DNA of 64,000 nt from Dehalococcoidia bacterium (GTDB lineage Bacteria; Chloroflexota; Dehalococcoidia; Plut-88900): NCBI GenBank assembly GCA_965207225.1, contig CBDBLV010000005.1, positions 896,001 through 960,000 on the forward strand, given 5' to 3'. The notes under the pieces are model-generated. The model saw only the letters and a program-made list of their open reading frames with translations, was not told the origin of the DNA and searched no databases. Positions 57,933 through 64,000 of this stretch are shown in pieces (the stretch's first letter is position 1; the number at the start of each line of letters is the position of its first letter). A program made the translations under genes and the position numbers.

Positions 57933-58712
57933 ATGGCAACTGAGAGACTGCAAGGGAAGAAGGCCCTGGTGACGGGTGGGGGTGTGGGGATTGGGGAGTC
58001 GATAGCGCTGGCGTTTGCCCGGGAGGGGGCGGACGTGGCGATCGCATCCCGGAACACGGCAAACCTCGAAGGAGTGGCTGCAAAGATACGGGAGATGGGT
58101 CGCACAGCACTGGCGATTACCGCGGACATTGCTGAAGAAGACGAAGTCAAGGCGATGGTGGAGAAGACGATGTCGGAGTTTGGGCGGATAGACGTGCTGG
58201 TGAACAACTCGGGGATACCGGGCCAGTTCCTGGATGTGTCGGAGATGGACCTGTCGGACTGGAACCAGGTGCTGGCAGTTAACATAACGGGTACGATGCT
58301 GTGCAGCCGGGAAGCTTTGAGGGACATGCGGGCACGGAAGTCGGGCAACATCATCAATATCTCGTCGATGGCGGGGAAAAGGGTTACGCCCAAACGCAGC
58401 TCATACGTGTCTTCCAAGTTTGCGATGCACGGGTTCACGCTGACCCTGGCGCAGGAGGTCGGGCCCGACAACATCCGGGTGAACTGCATATGCCCCGGGG
58501 CGACGGAGGGAGACCGGATTGAGAGGGTTATCAACTCCTTTGTGGAGAGCACGGGTCGGAACTACGAGGAGGTGAGGAAACGGCTGGAGAGTAGGGCGTC
58601 GTTGCGGAGGATGGTAACGCCGGAGGAGGTGGCGGAGTGCGCGGTTTTCTTCGCGAGTGAGGAGTCGAGCGGGATGACGGGGCAGATAGTGGATGTATCG
58701 GCGGGGACGTGA
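57933..58712 (+). CDS. Short-chain dehydrogenase/reductase
   Basis: TGGGVGIG, NNSG, YVSSK. Confidence 0.93.
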   Translation: MATERLQGKKALVTGGGVGIGESIALAFAREGADVAIASRNTANLEGVAAKIREMGRTALAITADIAEEDEVKAMVEKTMSEFGRIDVLVNNSGIPGQFLDVSEMDLSDWNQVLAVNITGTMLCSREALRDMRARKSGNIINISSMAGKRVTPKRSSYVSSKFAMHGFTLTLAQEVGPDNIRVNCICPGATEGDRIERVINSFVESTGRNYEEVRKRLESRASLRRMVTPEEVAECAVFFASEESSGMTGQIVDVSAGT

Positions 58713-58818
58713 GGGGGGAAGGTGATTTGGCTCTAAGTCCTGAAGGCTGGCAGATAGCTTATTGATTGCATAATTGATAACAATGTGTAATACTGCTGGT
58801 GGAAGCGAAGATGCTGCT

Positions 58819-59082
58819 ATGACACTCAACGTAGAAGGCTATGAGTCTCTCAAGGACGAATTTCACTATTACCTTGATCATCAAGATGAGTTTGTGAAGA
58901 AGTATGATGGGAAGGTCATTGCGCTAAAGGACCACAAGGTGCTGGGTGCTTATGAGAATTACGGCGATGCTTATATGCTGACTAAGAGGCACCACAAACC
59001 CGGGACCTTTATGCTGCAAAGAGTGAGTGAGGGGGAAGAGGACTACACTGTAACAATTCACTCTCCGGTGTTTCCCTCATAG
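58819..59082 (+). CDS. Small DUF5678-like protein
   Basis: EFHYYLDHQDEFVKKYDGKVIAL; lower GC than the flanks. Confidence 0.7.
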   Translation: MTLNVEGYESLKDEFHYYLDHQDEFVKKYDGKVIALKDHKVLGAYENYGDAYMLTKRHHKPGTFMLQRVSEGEEDYTVTIHSPVFPS

Positions 59083-59567
59083 CTCACCAAAAGCAATCCT
59101 ACAGCTTCACGACTATACAAACCGGTCGAGTGTTAGCACTCAAGACCATGTGCATGGTTTCGGATGGATGGTACCCTAGCGGTGATGAATCGCATCCCCC
59201 CATGTACGAATTTATAGCTCTATGGGACACGGGTGCAACCGGCAGCGTGATCTCCCAGGCAGTAGTTAACACTTGCGAACTACAGGCCACGGGCACGCGA
59301 ACTATGCTCCATCCACAAGGATTCACTCGAGGTGTAAGAGCATACACAATCAACGTCAAACTACCCAACGAGGTGGAATTTCAAGCCCTTCCCGTGATAC
59401 TGGGAAATTTGCCCGGCTACGATGTACTGATTGGAATGGACATCATAAGCCTTGCTGACTTTGCTATCACGCACCCAGTCGGAGAGACGAAATTCTCTTT
59501 CCGCATCCCTTCGCAGGCCGACATAGACTTTGTAAGAGACGAAGAGAGAGACGTGCGGGCGAAATAG
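59079..59567 (+). CDS. Retropepsin-like (clan AA) aspartyl protease; start uncertain (ATA 59079 or GTG 59130)
   Basis: ALWDTGATGSVIS, DVLIGMDII, FSFRIPS. Confidence 0.82.
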   Translation: MAHQKQSYSFTTIQTGRVLALKTMCMVSDGWYPSGDESHPPMYEFIALWDTGATGSVISQAVVNTCELQATGTRTMLHPQGFTRGVRAYTINVKLPNEVEFQALPVILGNLPGYDVLIGMDIISLADFAITHPVGETKFSFRIPSQADIDFVRDEERDVRAK

Positions 59568-59638
59568 CGGGCAGTAAGGGAAGAGGCGGGCACGGGCCCA
59601 GCTTATCCCTACTTCGCCTCGTTCTTTCGGTTAACTGT

Positions 59639-60448
59639 CTAGCGGTTGAGCCAATACTCGGCGATGTCTATGCCGCGCCAGAATTCGACGTTGGGGTGGG
59701 ACTTGGCGTAGCGGATGAGCCGCTCTACGGAGGTTAGCCTGGCGGGACGGCCGCTGGCCTGGGGGTGGAGGGTCATGGTCATGACGTTGCCTTCCTTGTA
59801 GGCACCGTCGAACTCGGCGGCGTAGGTCTCGTAGACAGCCTGAGGGTCCTGCATGGCAGATCTTCTACCGGCCTGGGGGATGAAGGCGAAGTAGCCGTAG
59901 TCGTCCAGCACCCATTTCACGGGCACTTCGACAAGTTGCTTCCCTTCGACATCGTGGACGTAGGGCACGTCGCTGTCGTGCATGCTGGTGTCGTAGGCAA
60001 AGCCGTGCTCGGCGAGGAGACGGATGGTGTCGGGGCTGCAGTCAAAGAAGGGGGCCCGGTACCCGAGGGTCTTGGTACCCGTGATGCGCTCCAGAATCTC
60101 CATACCTCTTTCGAGGATTTCGGTTTCCTGGTCGATGGGCATGTTGCCTAGGGCCTCGTGCATGTAGCCGTGATGCCCGACCTCGTGGCCCCTCTTCACG
60201 ATATCTTTGACCATGTCTTCGTAGTTTTCGGCGACGTATCCGGGGATGTAGAAGGTGGCCTTGATATCGTAGTCATCGAGCAGCTTGAGAATGCGGGGAA
60301 CGCCGCGTTTTGGTCCGTATTCGGCCATGGAGAGCAGACCGGGGCGGTTGGCGAAGTCGGGATTCATGCCGAGCCACGAGCTGACACCGTCGATGTCGAA
60401 ACCCAGGGTTACTACGGTCTGGATATCTCCGGGCCAAATGCCTGCCAT
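59639..60448 (-). CDS. CE4 polysaccharide deacetylase (PuuE/HpPgdA-like), copy 3
   Basis: FDIDG, HGYMHE, GYRAP, WVLDD, LHPQ. Confidence 0.9.
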   Translation of the reverse strand: MAGIWPGDIQTVVTLGFDIDGVSSWLGMNPDFANRPGLLSMAEYGPKRGVPRILKLLDDYDIKATFYIPGYVAENYEDMVKDIVKRGHEVGHHGYMHEALGNMPIDQETEILERGMEILERITGTKTLGYRAPFFDCSPDTIRLLAEHGFAYDTSMHDSDVPYVHDVEGKQLVEVPVKWVLDDYGYFAFIPQAGRRSAMQDPQAVYETYAAEFDGAYKEGNVMTMTLHPQASGRPARLTSVERLIRYAKSHPNVEFWRGIDIAEYWLNR

Positions 60449-60480
60449 GGTATTCCTCCTGAAGTTGTGTGGGGTCGGGG

Positions 60481-61299
60481 CTATGAATAGCCCTGTTGAA
60501 GCCAGTATTGGGCGATTTCATCGCAGCGCATGAAGGCGACGTTGGGATACGAGATGATGTGCTGAATGGTGCGTTCCAGGCTGGACAGCCTGCTGGGATG
60601 GCCGGAGACCTGGGGATGAAGGGTCAGGATGTAGCAGCGACCCTCGTGGTATAGGGTGTCGAATTCGGCAGTCCAGGTGCGGGTGACAGACTCGGGGCTG
60701 GAGAGAGGGCCGCGGACGCCTGCGACCGGCGCATAGCCCCAGAAAGGGAAGTCGTCCAGGTGCCATTGGACGGGAAGCTCGGCGAGGCGGGTGCCGCTGA
60801 CATCGTGAACGTAGGGGGCGTCGTCGTCCATGAGGCTGGAGTCGTAGGTGAAGCCGTATTCGACGAGGAGGTCTAGGGTCCTGGGGCTGATGTCCCAGGA
60901 GGGCGAGCGGTAACCGGGGACCCGGGTACCGGACTGGTGTTCAAGTATCTCCAAGCCGGTCTCGATAGCTCGGCGTTCTTCGCCTTCGTCAAGGGCTGCT
61001 GGGCGTTCGTGGACATAGCCGTGGTGGGCGATTTCGTGGCCGCGGTCGAGGAGGTCGGGGATGATGTGGGGGTGGTTCTCGGCGGTGTGGCCGGGGACGA
61101 AGAAGCTGCCCTTGATGTCGTACTCTTCGAGGAGGGCGAGGATTCTCGGGAGCCCGACCTTGGGGCCGTATTCAGCCATGGTGGTGGCTACGGGTCGGTT
61201 GGCGAAATCGCCGTCTCGGCCCAGCCACGAGCTTACGCCGTCAACGTCGAAGCCGATATTGACGACGCACTGGACGCCGTCTTTCCAGAGGCCTGCCAT
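60481..61299 (-). CDS. CE4 polysaccharide deacetylase (PuuE/HpPgdA-like), copy 2
   Basis: FDVDG, HGYVHE, GYRSP, WHLDD, LHPQ. Confidence 0.9.
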   Translation of the reverse strand: MAGLWKDGVQCVVNIGFDVDGVSSWLGRDGDFANRPVATTMAEYGPKVGLPRILALLEEYDIKGSFFVPGHTAENHPHIIPDLLDRGHEIAHHGYVHERPAALDEGEERRAIETGLEILEHQSGTRVPGYRSPSWDISPRTLDLLVEYGFTYDSSLMDDDAPYVHDVSGTRLAELPVQWHLDDFPFWGYAPVAGVRGPLSSPESVTRTWTAEFDTLYHEGRCYILTLHPQVSGHPSRLSSLERTIQHIISYPNVAFMRCDEIAQYWLQQGYS

Positions 61300-62115
61300 C
61301 TAAGCGTTCTTGTCCAGCCACTGCTCGGCTATGTCCGCGGCGGTGGTGATGGCGACGTTGGGCTTGGTGATCATGTGCTTGATGGTCGTTTCCAGGGCGG
61401 CGATATGGCCCGAGTGCCCGGTGACCTGGGGGTGCATGACGAGAATCATGCACCGGCCTTCGGTGTAGAGGCCGTCGAACTCGGCGATCCAGGTGCGGGC
61501 GACGGAGGCGGGACTGCAACCCGGGCCCCGCATGTCGGCGGCGGGGACATAGGCGAAATATGGAAAATCGTCGAGGAGCCAGTGGAAGGGGAGCTGGACT
61601 ATGTTGCCGTTGTCGGTCTCTATAAGGTACGGTGCGTCGTCGTCCATGAGGCTGGAGTCGTAGACAATGCCACGCTCGGCGAGAAGGGACATGGTGCGGT
61701 TACTGGCGTCGCCGCCGGGGACCCTGTAGCCGGTTATCTTTTGGCCGGCGGCCTTTTCGAGGGCCTCAAGTCCCCGGTCCAGGTCTTCAATTTCCTCCTC
61801 GAGGGTGAGTTCAGCGGGTCGGAGGTGCATGTAGCCGTGGCCAGCAACCTCGTGGCCCCTGGCGATGATCTCCCTGACGAGGTCGGGGTACTGGTCGGCG
61901 GTGAAGCCGGGGATGAAAAAGGAGGCCTTGAGCCTGTATTCGTCCATCAGGTTGAGGATTCTCGGGACTCCGACCTTGGGGCCGTAGTCGGCGGCCGTCA
62001 TTACTACGGGCCTGTCTCGAAAAGCCGGGTTCCTGCCGATCCAGTTGCTCTGCGCGTCGATGTCGAAGCCTAGGTTTACGGTGCACTGGGTGAGTCCGGG
62101 CCAAATGCCGGTCAT
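61300..62115 (-). CDS. CE4 polysaccharide deacetylase (PuuE/HpPgdA-like), copy 1
   Basis: FDIDA, HGYMH, GYRVP, WLLDD, MHPQ. Confidence 0.9.
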   Translation of the reverse strand: MTGIWPGLTQCTVNLGFDIDAQSNWIGRNPAFRDRPVVMTAADYGPKVGVPRILNLMDEYRLKASFFIPGFTADQYPDLVREIIARGHEVAGHGYMHLRPAELTLEEEIEDLDRGLEALEKAAGQKITGYRVPGGDASNRTMSLLAERGIVYDSSLMDDDAPYLIETDNGNIVQLPFHWLLDDFPYFAYVPAADMRGPGCSPASVARTWIAEFDGLYTEGRCMILVMHPQVTGHSGHIAALETTIKHMITKPNVAITTAADIAEQWLDKNA

Positions 62116-62159
62116 ATCGAATAGCCTCCTGGGGGTAGGGTGGAGGGGTCTACGGGGGG

Positions 62160-62972
62160 CTAGTTTACACTATTGGGGTGGGGTGGGCCCGAATGAGACC
62201 ACCGTTTGCGGCTACGTATCAAAGACATTTGCTTCTTATAGGTGAACATGTAGTGCTTGTCTATTTCCTTGAAACTCCTTTTGAGCCGTGATTGAGCGGG
62301 TCCGAAATATTTGTTCAATCCGGCTTCCGTATAAGCCGCTCGGGTAGTTCTGATGATGTCCTCCACTCCAGTCTTTTCCTGGAATTTTCTCCACTCATTA
62401 GGGAAGAAACCGCTAGCCATCTTGGCCGCGCCAGTTACTTGCTTACTCCAGTGTAAGATAGGTTCAGCCAGCATACGTCCCGCGAAATCCGTTTTGGGCT
62501 TACGCTTGAGAAACTTGCTAGTGGCACTGCCCACGGGAATGATTGTGGCGGTAGGCTTGGCGACGAGTTCCAACTCTTTTAGGAATTCGCAATACCAAAA
62601 AGAAAACTCCTTCATTTGGAGTTTTTTTGCTTCTCCGGCAGGTATAGCTGCCTTGCCCAAGTCGGTGATGTAGTATGTCTCCCCGGTCTTGCAGAGATGT
62701 CGTCGGGCAGCGTAGTGCAAGGTAAGGTCACCCAATGACGTGAAGATGCTTTTAGGCGCATCGAATTCAGTAAGAGGATAATCGCCCCATTTGACATTTT
62801 CTGCTTCTGCTTTCTTCTCATCGACATTTGGTATTTCGGCGACAAGAACATAGTCAACCTTACTACTAGGTGATACGTAGGGGAGATAGTGGCGCTTACG
62901 GTTTATGGCGTGTTGACGCCACTGGGCTTGCAGGGTTTCGTATTGCTGATGAAAGTCCAAATCCGTGGTCAT
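62160..62972 (-). CDS. Hypothetical low-GC protein, uracil-DNA-glycosylase-like fold
   Basis: VLVAEIP, YYITDLGK, ELELV..IIPVG, ILHWS follow the UDG-superfamily motif order. Confidence 0.55.
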   Translation of the reverse strand: MTTDLDFHQQYETLQAQWRQHAINRKRHYLPYVSPSSKVDYVLVAEIPNVDEKKAEAENVKWGDYPLTEFDAPKSIFTSLGDLTLHYAARRHLCKTGETYYITDLGKAAIPAGEAKKLQMKEFSFWYCEFLKELELVAKPTATIIPVGSATSKFLKRKPKTDFAGRMLAEPILHWSKQVTGAAKMASGFFPNEWRKFQEKTGVEDIIRTTRAAYTEAGLNKYFGPAQSRLKRSFKEIDKHYMFTYKKQMSLIRSRKRWSHSGPPHPNSVN

Positions 62973-62990
62973 ATCTTGCGTTACTTCCCC

Positions 62991-64000
62991 TTAGACAATG
63001 CCAATCCCATAAAGCCCAATCGCATTATCCCCCAGCACCTTGGCCTGGTCAGACTCAGATAGCGGGCTGATGTTGTTCTTGAGGACGTCTACGGCGCCGT
63101 AGAGGCCGTCGGAGTGGGGGTAGTCGGCGCCCCATATGAAGCGGTCCGCGCCGAGGATGTTGATGGTGGAGACGGCCATTTCGTCGTCGGGTTCGAGGGA
63201 TATGTAGCACTGCTTGTGGAAGTACTCGCTGGGCTCTTTAGCCATGCCGGTGGCGAAACCGAACTTTTCGTAGAACTCGTTCATGCGATCGAGCCAGTAG
63301 GGCATGAACCCTGCGCCTGTCTCCAGGACTATGACCTCGATGTTGGGGAAGCGGTCGAAGACTGCGCCCTTGAATAGGCTGGCAAAGCCGATGAAAGTAT
63401 CGTTGGCGAGGGTGAGGAAGTTCCACCAGGTGTTTTCTGGGAGGCCGCCGGTGTAGAGGTTGTTGAAGACCTGGCGGGGGGTGGCGGCGATGTGCAGTGA
63501 CACGGGCAGGCCCGAGTCCTGGGCGATGCTCCAGAAGCGGTCGTGGCGGGGGTCTCCGTAGGAGACGCCGTTGATGGGGTAACCGCTGAGGAAGACGCCC
63601 CGGGCGCCGAGTTTGGCCGTTCTTTCCAGTTCCGTTGCGCCTTCCTGGGCATCGGACACGGAGATGTGGGCGATGGGTATGAGGCGGTCGGAGTTGTGAC
63701 GGCAGAAGTCCAGGACCCAGTCGTTGTAGACGCGGCAATAAGCGGCGGCGAGCTTGTAGTCGGGGCATTCGGCTTCCCAGGCGAGGCCCATGGTCGGGTA
63801 GAGGACTGAGGCTTCGATGCCCTCGGAGTCCAGCACTTTTAGGCGCTCTGCAGGGTCAACGGCGCCGGGCTCAAGGCCCTGCCGGTATGTAATTTTGCCG
63901 GGGGTGAGGAGGTCCCGGACATCTTTGCCTATGCCGCTGGGTCTGCCGAACATCCCGCCGGAGATGAGGTAGCCGGTCGGTTTCCTGCCGTCGATCTCCA
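62991..64000 (-). CDS. Amidohydrolase family 2 protein, 5'-truncated by the window edge
   Basis: LYPT, YNDW, ETGAGF, WGADYPH. Confidence 0.9.
   Translation of the reverse strand, partial: EIDGRKPTGYLISGGMFGRPSGIGKDVRDLLTPGKITYRQGLEPGAVDPAERLKVLDSEGIEASVLYPTMGLAWEAECPDYKLAAAYCRVYNDWVLDFCRHNSDRLIPIAHISVSDAQEGATELERTAKLGARGVFLSGYPINGVSYGDPRHDRFWSIAQDSGLPVSLHIAATPRQVFNNLYTGGLPENTWWNFLTLANDTFIGFASLFKGAVFDRFPNIEVIVLETGAGFMPYWLDRMNEFYEKFGFATGMAKEPSEYFHKQCYISLEPDDEMAVSTINILGADRFIWGADYPHSDGLYGAVDVLKNNISPLSESDQAKVLGDNAIGLYGIGIV

Overview
GC-rich bacterial chromosomal segment. The many luciferase-like/F420-type oxidoreductases, amidohydrolases, SDRs and family III CoA-transferases, plus a Dehalococcoidia-like hypothetical protein, suggest Chloroflexota (Dehalococcoidia/SAR202-like); this is inference only. 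The main signal is a selenium-dependent glycine/sarcosine/betaine reductase-type cluster (grdB-grdC-grdA, 8158->4823) that the ORF track splits at two in-frame UGA codons. It is atypical in four ways: the GrdB motif is U-G-T-G-T-R-S instead of U-G-T-C-T-R-C; no grdD or trx genes are present; two Asp/Glu-racemase/maleate-isomerase genes follow directly; and a distant GrdE-like proprotein (25612-26907) seems to lack the pyruvoyl-forming Cys. Around it are many genes whose families act on methylated osmolytes: a DMSP-lyase-like cupin, two betaine-cluster-type dipeptidase homologs, a CaiB-like transferase, a homocysteine methyltransferase, an MgdA-like oxidase and an M24 hydrolase. Two intergenic zones (14.7-16.8 kb, 44.3-46.6 kb) hold REP-like palindromes and two shared long hairpin modules with compensatory changes. 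The first zone also has a ~460-nt element closed by inverted repeats and 11-bp-phased direct repeats. The window further contains TA modules and remnants, a putative metal-handling operon with an unannotated zinc-ribbon ORF, acs, and three tandem CE4 deacetylases. No rRNA, tRNA, CRISPR array or transposase was recognised. All family assignments come from motif recognition by eye, not from database searches.
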